Shown here one piece after another: positions 17,376 to 25,431 of a stretch of 32,000 nt of DNA. Positions within the stretch are counted from its first letter, which is position 1; the number at the start of each line of letters is the position of its first letter. Made by a program: the position numbers and the translations under genes. This stretch comes from Methanosphaera stadtmanae DSM 3091. Its GTDB lineage: Archaea > Methanobacteriota > Methanobacteria > Methanobacteriales > Methanobacteriaceae. The stretch lies in the NCBI RefSeq assembly GCF_000012545.1, contig NC_007681.1, forward strand, positions 1,440,001-1,472,000, in the 5' to 3' direction. The notes beneath the pieces are model-generated. The model saw nothing but the letters and a program-made list of their open reading frames with translations, had not been told where the DNA came from and did no database searches.

Positions 17376-17891
17376 TTATTTTCCTCCTAAAAATTCATTT
17401 TGTACTTCAACAATTTCAGTACTATTTTTTGCCTCACTATAGGCTTCTAATAAATTTTCATTAAGTGTAATAAAATGAGGTCCCCATTTAAATGAGTTCA
17501 TTAAATCACGTGCTTCATCTTTATAACCTACAATATATAAAGCAGCACTTAATGCTTCAGCACTTGACAATATACATGGTTTTCCATAATTTACCGGATT
17601 AGCTGCCACTAAAAATGGAAGTAACCTGTGATTTTTCTTAGATTTGAAATTAAAAGATGATTTCTTTAGTTTTTTCCAAGAACAATCTAATGCTGATAAG
17701 CCATATTTTGTAATTTTTTCTCTATCTTCTCTAGATACTGCTTTATCAGCTTCAGCATCTAATACAATTGCATTATATGGTATTTTTCTCATATTATGAG
17801 TAATAGCAACCTTATTTTGCTTTTGAAGCTTTATTGACGTGCATCTTTTAGGATCACACTCATTAGAGTGATAAATTACAATTTTCATCAT
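17376..17891 (-). CDS. tsr3: Tsr3-type 16S rRNA aminocarboxypropyltransferase
   Basis: 171-aa ORF. The N-terminal [17 protein letters not shown] and the central ALDCSW are typical of the Tsr3/DUF367 family. Confidence 0.82.
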   Translation of the reverse strand: MMKIVIYHSNECDPKRCTSIKLQKQNKVAITHNMRKIPYNAIVLDAEADKAVSREDREKITKYGLSALDCSWKKLKKSSFNFKSKKNHRLLPFLVAANPVNYGKPCILSSAEALSAALYIVGYKDEARDLMNSFKWGPHFITLNENLLEAYSEAKNSTEIVEVQNEFLGGK

Positions 17892-18178
17892 ATTAAACTT
17901 TAATAATTTTTAAATCAAATAAATAATTCTTATAATTAATTATTATTCATATATAAGTATTTATCATAGAATAATATATATTATTAGAACAGTATATCTT
18001 ATATTTTTATTTTGAATAATAAAAAGATTTCTATTAAAAAATATATAATTGCCCTTTTTTGAAAGAACATATATAAACATTAATTATAAAAGTAATAGTT
18101 TTAAAAAAGTTAAAATATAATAAGTATTAATTAAAAAAAATAATAGGATTAAGATAATAAAATATTAGAAGGGAGAAT

Positions 18179-18850
18179 ATGGACTTTAATATATTTACAT
18201 TAGTTGGAGAGATTATTGTATTAATTGCTATAATACTTATATTTCTAATTAGTATCACATTCATTCTAGGAAACTATACCTTAAATAATGATAAATTAAT
18301 GTTTCCAAAATTATTATTACTTGCACTTAATCTAACATATCAACCAACAAAGAATATTATGAAATTCTTTAAATGTGATGAATTATTTGTTGATAGAGTT
18401 AGTATAAATCTTAGAAATAGATTAAATATAAATTCTTTTAAAAAGTTAAATGCAAAGGATCTTATAGTTATTCTACCACATTGTCTACGTGCTAAAAACT
18501 GTCCCGCAAAATTAGGAAGTTCTGGTTTAAGTTGTATTAAATGTGGAAAATGTTCTGTTGGTATTTTCGAAGAAATATGTGAAAGAAAAGGAATTGGTAT
18601 TTACATAGTACCTGGTTCTACATTCATTAAACGTGTAATAAAACAACGTCCATTTAAAGGAGTTATTTGTGTTGCATGTCCTGTTGATTTAAATCAAGCA
18701 TTGATGTTTTTATCAAATTACATAACACAAGGCGTATATCTATTAAATGATGGTTGTATTAATACAAGAGTTAATGAAAATGAAGTAATTTATTTACTAA
18801 ACACAGTGAAACCTACAACCAATTATACACCTGAGATTGTAAATGCATAA
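18179..18850 (+). CDS. DUF116 (COG1852) family Cys-rich membrane-anchored protein
   Basis: There is an N-terminal TM helix (IFTLVGEIIVLIAIILIFLISITFIL), followed by LPHCLRAKNCPAKLGSSGLSCIKCGKCSVG and VICVACPVD. The SD GGGAGA lies upstream. Confidence 0.6.
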   Translation: MDFNIFTLVGEIIVLIAIILIFLISITFILGNYTLNNDKLMFPKLLLLALNLTYQPTKNIMKFFKCDELFVDRVSINLRNRLNINSFKKLNAKDLIVILPHCLRAKNCPAKLGSSGLSCIKCGKCSVGIFEEICERKGIGIYIVPGSTFIKRVIKQRPFKGVICVACPVDLNQALMFLSNYITQGVYLLNDGCINTRVNENEVIYLLNTVKPTTNYTPEIVNA

Positions 18851-19201
18851 TATAATAAAAAAAATAATTTTAATACATTATTAAAATAATATAACTTCTT
18901 TTTTTTAAAAAATCAATACCATCTACTTTTTTTTAAATATAATTAATTACTTAACTTTTTGATATATTTTAGATTTTTGAATGTAAAATCAGTCATTTAA
19001 ATAGTTAAAATTCATGAAAAAATAGATACTTTAATAATTCATGATTTAATATATAAATTAGGTAAGTAACTATGTCTGTTAATAATAATTCCTTAAGAAC
19101 TCATTTTATATTCAATTTCTATGGAATTATACTAAATTCAAAAAAATATTAAAAAGAGAACTAATAAACTATAATATAACGATATAAAGAGGAATTATTA
19201 G

Positions 19202-19549
19202 ATGAAGAAAATTGCAATAGCTGTTAAAGAAAATGGAAAAAAAGTTGAACATTTTGGTATATGTGAATATTTTATAATATATGATTATGATGAGCAAACT
19301 CATAATGTTGCTTACAAAGATGTAATTTTCTCCTCAAAAAGTCATGATAAAAATAGTGAAGAATGGGAAAAATCTGCAGATGCTATAGATGGTTGTGACA
19401 TATTAATATGTGAAAAAATAGGTCTTGTTGCAAAAACAGAGGTTAAAAAAAGAGGTATTAAAATCCTAGAAGATGAAGGTAATACTGAAGACTTATTAGA
19501 TAAATTCATAAAAATTGAAACTAATAAGAACAATATTAAGTTACCTTAA
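19202..19549 (+). CDS. NifB/NifX-type (dinitrogenase FeMo-cofactor-binding domain family) small protein
   Basis: 115-aa ORF. MKKIAIAVKENGKKVEHFGICEYFIIYDYD follows the family pattern (A-x-x-x-G-x-x-V-x-x-HFG-x-x-x-x-F-x-IYD). The SD AGAGGA lies upstream. Confidence 0.7.
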   Translation: MKKIAIAVKENGKKVEHFGICEYFIIYDYDEQTHNVAYKDVIFSSKSHDKNSEEWEKSADAIDGCDILICEKIGLVAKTEVKKRGIKILEDEGNTEDLLDKFIKIETNKNNIKLP

Positions 19550-19766
19550 AACAATAGAATGAATCATCTCCCTCCCAACTTTTTCTTAAAATTTAAATAA
19601 CTCATTTTCCAATTAAGATTAATAGATAAAAACTTAAATGAACTTTAATGATGAATGAGTAAATATTAAGTATATATAATCCAATAAAAGAACTATAGTA
19701 AAAATATTAAGAAAAATTAAAATTTAATAGATTTTTATTCAACAATAACCATGGGAGAGTAATCAT

Positions 19767-20639
19767 ATGAAATTAGATGAGAAATGGTTTGAGTTATATG
19801 AATCATTATATGGTACTACATTCAATAAAATTCTAACAATAGGTACTCCTAATGAGGGATATGAAAATTATCCAATTAAATCACTAGCCCAACTAAGGCA
19901 AATGTGTGAAGAAAATTATCCTAAAAAAGAATTTTACATTAGTCTTTATGATTATGATTCAGATGAACTTGCAATAAAATGGGATCCTCAAGATAATACT
20001 CCATATGAAAAATATTCTAAGAAAAATTGTATTTTATTTAGATTTATACAAAATACAGATATAATAAAAGAAGAAACTAAGGAATTAACAGATGTTCAGA
20101 AATTCATGTTTACTCGTAGAACATTAAATTTAGGAAATAACAAGGAAATTTTTGAAGATGTAAGGAAAGTATATGATGCAATAGAAGAATTATTTAATAT
20201 TAAATCATGGGTTTTATTCAATGGATATAATGAATGCTACTTATATGTATTTACAGAAAGTGAAATGAAATTAAAAAATCCTACATTAACTTATTATTAC
20301 TTCTATAAATTTATAGAAAATTATACAGGAGTTAAAACACTTATCTATTCACAAATAGAACCATTTTCACAGATACTATCATTACCTGGAAGTCAAAATA
20401 ACAACACCAGACTCTACACTAAACCATATGATATTACCCTTGATTACTTAGATATTCTTAAAAATTCCCAATCTAGAAAAATAGAATCATTTGATCTTAG
20501 ACAAAACCAGGATACATCTTCACTTGAAGAATTATTTAAAACTGTGGATGATGAAATAACTAAAAGAAAATCAGAAGGAAATACAAATATATGGGATTAT
20601 GAATTAGATGAACTTTTTAATGAAAAAAGATCAATCTAA
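19767..20639 (+). CDS. Hypothetical protein with a degenerate archaeo-eukaryotic-primase-like motif pattern
   Basis: 290-aa ORF with the SD GGGAGAG 7 nt upstream, flanked by long spacers. Motif-like strings are FYISLYDYD (aa 56-64), FNGYNECYLYVF (aa 151-162) and LSLPGSQNNNT (aa 204-214). The functional call is hypothesis only. Confidence 0.55.
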   Translation: MKLDEKWFELYESLYGTTFNKILTIGTPNEGYENYPIKSLAQLRQMCEENYPKKEFYISLYDYDSDELAIKWDPQDNTPYEKYSKKNCILFRFIQNTDIIKEETKELTDVQKFMFTRRTLNLGNNKEIFEDVRKVYDAIEELFNIKSWVLFNGYNECYLYVFTESEMKLKNPTLTYYYFYKFIENYTGVKTLIYSQIEPFSQILSLPGSQNNNTRLYTKPYDITLDYLDILKNSQSRKIESFDLRQNQDTSSLEELFKTVDDEITKRKSEGNTNIWDYELDELFNEKRSI

Positions 20640-21100
20640 AAAAAAAATATTAATCATAATACTTTCCCTCTAAAAACTTTTTTTATAAATAAAAATTAAT
20701 ATTTTTTTGTTACTAAATATGGCTATTTTTCACTAACTATATATTAAATAAAAAATATAATAATAAATTAAGATATAGACTAGGTTTATGGTATTTTATA
20801 ATCTAAGTCATAGAGATTATTATAGAAGATTATGACTGTTGTCATGAGTATCTAAAATCTTCTATAAAAAAACAACTAAAATTTGTTTTATATATCACAA
20901 AACCTGACGGAACTATTTCAAATTAATAGATTAAACTGTTACTAACTAATTTAATATAAAAAAATAACCACCAATACATTTGTTATAATAATATAACATT
21001 TCTTTTAGAGTATAAATCATTGAAAAGTGTAGATTTATTCTAAAAATAATTAAAAAACTTAATAAAAATTCATTAAAAGATATAAGGAGATTGTGAAAGA

Positions 21101-21676
21101 ATGGCAAAAGCAAGAAGACGAGTACGTGACACATGGAAAGAAAAAATTTGGTATGAAATATTAGCACCACAAGAATTTGATGATGCAAGCCTTGGAACAA
21201 GTCCTGCAAGAGAACCTGAAATGCTTGTTGGTCGTAAAATTGAAACATCAATGCGTGAAATTACTGGAGATTTCAGTAGACAATATGTAAAATTATTCTT
21301 TGAAGTAGATCATGTAAGTGGAGAAGTAGCTCACACAGTATTTACAGGACACAAAGTAACAACAGATTATGTACGTAGTATGATTAGAAGAGGAACCAGT
21401 CGTATCGACACAATAACTGATGCAACTACAAAAGATGGTAAAAAAATCAATGTTCACATGTTAGCAATAACTGTAAAAAGAGCAAAATCATCACAACAAA
21501 AACTTATCAGAGAAACTATGCAAAACATGATTATTGAAAGTGCTGCAGAAAAAACTACTGAAGAATTAGTTAAAGAAATAATCTCTGGTAAATTTGCTTC
21601 AAGCATATATCATGAAGCTAAAAAAATATATCCACTTAAAAAAGTAGAAACTATCAAATCCAGAATATTAAATTAA
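21101..21676 (+). CDS. rps3ae: 30S ribosomal protein S3Ae (eS1)
   Basis: The N-terminus MAKARRRVRDTWKEKIWYEILAPQEF is typical of archaeal S3Ae. The SD AAGGAGA (21085-21091) lies upstream. Confidence 0.92.
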   Translation: MAKARRRVRDTWKEKIWYEILAPQEFDDASLGTSPAREPEMLVGRKIETSMREITGDFSRQYVKLFFEVDHVSGEVAHTVFTGHKVTTDYVRSMIRRGTSRIDTITDATTKDGKKINVHMLAITVKRAKSSQQKLIRETMQNMIIESAAEKTTEELVKEIISGKFASSIYHEAKKIYPLKKVETIKSRILN

Positions 21677-21677
21677 A

Positions 21678-21713
21678 TTAGTTTTAAAATAACTAAACTA
21701 TTAATTTTTTTTT
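21678..21713 (+). terminator. Hairpin plus T9 terminator after rps3ae
   Basis: TTAGTT (21678-83) pairs with AACTAA (21691-96), followed by nine T at 21705-21713. A second T-run lies at about 21727-21739. Confidence 0.5.
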
Positions 21714-21780
21714 AATCCACTCCAATTTTCTTTTTTTTTATACAAAGATATTATATTAATAAAACACAATATCATATAAT

Positions 21781-22458
21781 ATGATACAATTAATATTCCT
21801 TATAATTTGTGTAATACTCGGAATCATAGTATACTTAAGTGGTGCACTTGATTTTCTAGGCTCATTTTTTGTTACAATTATTGGAATATTTATTGTGATA
21901 TCCAGAGGTTTTAACTGGTTAGCAATACTTTTACTATTTCTTTTATTAGGTTCTGCCTTTACAAAATTCAAAAAGAACTATAAAATAAGTATTGGAATTA
22001 TACATGAAAAACGTACCGTTAAAAATGTTGTTTCAAACGGAATTATCTCAGTAATTATGGCAATATTTGGAAATTATGCTGGATTTATTGGAGCTATTTC
22101 AACAGCAACAGCCGATACATTAGCAAGTGAAATAGGAGTATTGAGTAAACCTATATTAATCACGAGTAAAGAGAGAGTAAAACCTGGAACCGATGGTGGA
22201 ATCTCAGTACTTGGAACAGTAGCAGGATTAATTGGAGCTTTAATAATAGGAGTTTCAGCTTTTATAGTAAATGTATCTCCAGACATTACCCACAGTATCT
22301 GCATAGCAATTGTGGCCGGAATGGTTGGTTGTTTTGCAGATAGTCTTCTTGGTGCAACATTAGAGCGTAATGGACTCTTTAACAATGAACATGTTAATTT
22401 AACTGCCACAATAATTGGAGCATTAGTTGGTATCATTATAATAACAATCGGAGCATAA
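21781..22458 (+). CDS. DUF92/TMEM19 (COG1836) integral membrane protein, putative polyprenyl-phosphate kinase family
   Basis: 225-aa polytopic ORF with family signatures ATADTLASEIGVL, KPGTDGGISVLGT and FADSLLGATLE. Confidence 0.8.
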   Translation: MIQLIFLIICVILGIIVYLSGALDFLGSFFVTIIGIFIVISRGFNWLAILLLFLLLGSAFTKFKKNYKISIGIIHEKRTVKNVVSNGIISVIMAIFGNYAGFIGAISTATADTLASEIGVLSKPILITSKERVKPGTDGGISVLGTVAGLIGALIIGVSAFIVNVSPDITHSICIAIVAGMVGCFADSLLGATLERNGLFNNEHVNLTATIIGALVGIIIITIGA

Positions 22459-22462
22459 AAAA

Positions 22463-23692
22463 ATGAAAGGAATTATATTTGTAATAGATGGAATGGGAGA
22501 TCGCCCAGTGAAAGAACTTGGAGACAAAACTCCCCTTGAAAATGCAAGAACTCCAGCTATGGACAAAATGGTTGAAGAAGGTATAACTGGAATTATGGAT
22601 ACAATTCGTCCAGGAGTAAGACCCGGTAGTGATACAGCACACTTAACATTACTTGGATACGATCCTTATGAAGTTTATACAGGACGTGGACCTTTTGAAG
22701 CAGCAGGTATTAATGTTGAAGTTAAACCTGGAGACATTGCATTTAGATGTAACTTTTCAACAGCAGATGAAAACCTTATCATAACAGATAGAAGAGCAGG
22801 AAGAATCCAAAGTGGAACTGATAAACTTGCTGAAGTAATTAACAATGAAGTAAAATTAGATGATGTTGAAGTAATCTTTAAAGAATCTGATGGACATAGA
22901 GGTGTTCTTGTTCTAAGAGGAAACGGTTTATCTGATAAGATTACAGATGCTGATCCTAAACATGAAGGAAACAAACCAAAAACTGTAAAACCATTAGATG
23001 ATTCAGAAGAAGCAAAATTCACAGCAGATATAGTAAATAAATTCGTAGAACAATCATATGAATTATTAAAAGATCATCCAGTAAACATAGAAAGAATTGA
23101 AAATGGTGAAAATCCAGCAAATATTATATTACCAAGAGGAGTTGGAGCAGTTCCACATGTAACACCATTTGAAGAATTATATGGACTTAAAGGTGTATGT
23201 GTAGCTGAAACTGGACTTATTAAAGGTATAGCTAAAATTGCTGGAATGGATACTATAGATATTCCTGGAGCAACTGGTGGAATTGACACTGATATTGATA
23301 GTGTACACAAATACATCGTTGATACTATAAAAAGTAATAAATATGACTTTATATTAGTAAATGTTGATGGTGCTGATGAAGCAGGACATGATGGAGATAT
23401 TTTTGGTAAAAGAGACTTTATAGAAAAAGTAGATAACATAATGGCTGACTTAAAAGACATGGATGATATTGTATTATTTGTTACAGCAGACCATTCAACA
23501 CCAGTAAGTGTGAAAGATCATAGTGGAGATCCTGTACCAGTATTTATAAAAGCACCTGGATTAAGAGTTGATGATGTAAAAGAATATGGTGAAAGAGCTG
23601 CTGCAAAAGGTGGATTATGCCGTATTAGAGGAACTGATGTTCTATACATAATCAGAGATCTTATGAATGTAACACAAAAATTCGGAGCATAA
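22463..23692 (+). CDS. apgM: 2,3-bisphosphoglycerate-independent phosphoglycerate mutase, archaeal type
   Basis: 409-aa ORF. The N-terminal IFVIDGMGDRP and C-terminal VTADHSTP metal-site motifs match the archaeal ApgM family. The gap after the DUF92 gene is 4 nt, and GGAG lies in that gene's last codons. Confidence 0.9.
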   Translation: MKGIIFVIDGMGDRPVKELGDKTPLENARTPAMDKMVEEGITGIMDTIRPGVRPGSDTAHLTLLGYDPYEVYTGRGPFEAAGINVEVKPGDIAFRCNFSTADENLIITDRRAGRIQSGTDKLAEVINNEVKLDDVEVIFKESDGHRGVLVLRGNGLSDKITDADPKHEGNKPKTVKPLDDSEEAKFTADIVNKFVEQSYELLKDHPVNIERIENGENPANIILPRGVGAVPHVTPFEELYGLKGVCVAETGLIKGIAKIAGMDTIDIPGATGGIDTDIDSVHKYIVDTIKSNKYDFILVNVDGADEAGHDGDIFGKRDFIEKVDNIMADLKDMDDIVLFVTADHSTPVSVKDHSGDPVPVFIKAPGLRVDDVKEYGERAAAKGGLCRIRGTDVLYIIRDLMNVTQKFGA

Positions 23693-23694
23693 GT

Positions 23695-23732
23695 TTAGAT
23701 AAAATTTTATCTAACTTATTTTATTTTTTTTT
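23695..23732 (+). terminator. Perfect 20-nt palindrome plus oligo-T after apgM
   Basis: TTAGATAAAATTTTATCTAA (23695-23714) is followed by CTTATTTTATTTTTTTTT. Confidence 0.55.
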
Positions 23733-23927
23733 AAACTTATTTATAGCATATTCTTTTAAAATAATAAATAAAAGAATATAACTTTCTAAATTATTATTAA
23801 TAACCTATCTTTCTATAAAATAGATTTATGTATATGTAAATAAGAAAATATTAAACTATGAAATTAACAACTATTCTTTTAAAGATTAAATGATAAATAT
23901 GTTAACAGATATAAGGAGTTATAATAT

Positions 23928-25286
23928 ATGAAAAGCATACCAAAACTATTTGGAACCTCAGGAATTAGAGGAAAATATCAGGAAGAAATTACATTAGAAC
24001 TAGCATTAGATGTTGCTAGAGCTTTAGCTAAATATATTGGTGGAAAAAATAAGAAAGTTGTAATAGGAAGAGATACAAGAACTTCTGGTAAAATCATTGA
24101 GAATGTAATGTCTGCAGGATTACAACAATCAGGATGTGATGTATTACTTCTTGGTATGGTTCCAACACCAGTTGTAGGATATGCAACCTTAAAAAAAGAA
24201 GCTGATGCAGGAATTATGATAACAGCTTCACATAATCCTTCACAATACAATGGAATTAAACTATGGAACAGTGATGGATTAGCATATAAACAAGACCAAG
24301 AAAGAACAATTGAAAAATTAGTCTATGAAAAAGATTTTAATATTGTTAAATGGAATGAAATTGGAAAAGAATACGATATTAGTTCATTCAAAGATAAATA
24401 TATCGATGATATCGTTGCTAAATCTGGAATTAATCCTTTAAAACCATTGAAAGTTGTTGTTGACTGTGCATGTGGTGCAGGTTCTTATTTATCCCCAGAA
24501 GCTTTAAGAAGAGCTGGTATGAATGTGATTACACTTAATGCACAACCTGATGGATCGTTCCCAGGACGTAGACCAGAACCAAATGAGGCTAACTTAGGAG
24601 AATTAATGAAAACAGTGAAAGCATTAAATGCTGATGTGGGTTTAGCCCATGATGGGGATGCTGATAGAATGATTGCTGTGGATGAAAATGGAAATTTATC
24701 TGATTTTGATAAATTACTTACTATTATGGCAAAAGAGTTTGGTGGTACTGTTGTAACCACAGTTGATGCTTCAGCTTGTTTAGATATTCAGATGCAAAAA
24801 ATCGGTGGAAATGTTCTTAGAACACCTGTTGGTGATGTTCACGTAGCTGAATCTATAAATAAAAATAAAGGAACATTTGGTGGAGAACCTTCTGGTACAT
24901 GGTTACATCCTGATTTCTGTATGTGTCCAGATGGACTTCTTTCTGGTTTAAGAATAGTTAGAACAATACAGAAAAATGGTAAGTTATCAAAGCAATTAGA
25001 TGCTATTGAAAATTATCCTACTATAAGACAAAAAGTTACTTGTGAAAATAGTAAAAAGAAAACTGTTATGAGTATTGTTGAAGAGAAATTTGAAGAGGAA
25101 TTTGATGATGTTAAAGAAATTCTTACAATTGATGGTGTTCGTATTTCCTTTGAAGATGATAGTTGGGTTTTAATAAGACCTTCTGGAACTGAACCATACA
25201 TTAGAATTACTGCTGAAGGTAAAACTCAGGAACATCTTAATAGTATTGAAAAAATATCCAATGAATTCCTAAACAACATCATATAA
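23928..25286 (+). CDS. glmM: Phosphohexomutase, probable phosphoglucosamine mutase
   Basis: The phosphoserine loop is TASHNPSQYNGIK, the Mg loop is HDGDADR, and the sugar loop is GGEPSGT. The SD AAGGAG lies upstream, and the neighbouring gene is glmU-like. Confidence 0.85.
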   Translation: MKSIPKLFGTSGIRGKYQEEITLELALDVARALAKYIGGKNKKVVIGRDTRTSGKIIENVMSAGLQQSGCDVLLLGMVPTPVVGYATLKKEADAGIMITASHNPSQYNGIKLWNSDGLAYKQDQERTIEKLVYEKDFNIVKWNEIGKEYDISSFKDKYIDDIVAKSGINPLKPLKVVVDCACGAGSYLSPEALRRAGMNVITLNAQPDGSFPGRRPEPNEANLGELMKTVKALNADVGLAHDGDADRMIAVDENGNLSDFDKLLTIMAKEFGGTVVTTVDASACLDIQMQKIGGNVLRTPVGDVHVAESINKNKGTFGGEPSGTWLHPDFCMCPDGLLSGLRIVRTIQKNGKLSKQLDAIENYPTIRQKVTCENSKKKTVMSIVEEKFEEEFDDVKEILTIDGVRISFEDDSWVLIRPSGTEPYIRITAEGKTQEHLNSIEKISNEFLNNII

Positions 25287-25295
25287 TTCACCTCC

Positions 25296-25311
25296 TTTTT
25301 TCTCTATTTTT
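25296..25311 (+). terminator. Oligo-T tracts after glmM
   Basis: CCTCCTTTTTTCTCTATTTTT lies immediately after the stop codon. Confidence 0.4.
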
Positions 25312-25431
25312 AAAAAAAAACCATATATACAACTTATTTTATATCATTGATTAAAAATAGTATTCATTAAACTATATTAAAAATGTATTACTAATATTTT
25401 AAATATACTAATATAAAACAGAGGAATACTA

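Noticed and set aside
19072-19152. 26-codon ORF (MSVNNNSLRTHFIFNFYGIILNSKKY) in the DUF116/NifX-like spacer
   Set aside because: It has only a weak GGTAAG upstream and no recognisable motif. Its length and composition are what random AT-rich sequence yields.
19647-19655. C-box-like AATGATGAA suggesting a C/D-box sRNA
   Set aside because: No D box (CTGA) occurs within the following ~70 nt, and there is no terminal stem, so the C/D architecture is incomplete.
20946-21251. 101-aa minus-strand ORF spanning the rps3ae start region
   Set aside because: It overlaps the SD and the conserved N-terminus of rps3ae on the opposite strand. Its sequence is hydrophobic and low-complexity with no start context.
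22074-23460. Three minus-strand ORFs (22074-22436, 22675-23022, 23074-23460) inside the DUF92 and apgM genes
   Set aside because: They are antisense to genes with strong family signatures. Their products are Ser/Pro/Ile-rich mirror translations without motifs or ribosome-binding sites.
23978-25201. Minus-strand ORFs inside glmM (23978-24250, 24485-24760, 25013-25201), and similar ones inside glmU (26397-26678) and frhG (29154-29471)
   Set aside because: Same reasoning. They are antisense to confidently identified genes, are low-complexity, and have no SD.
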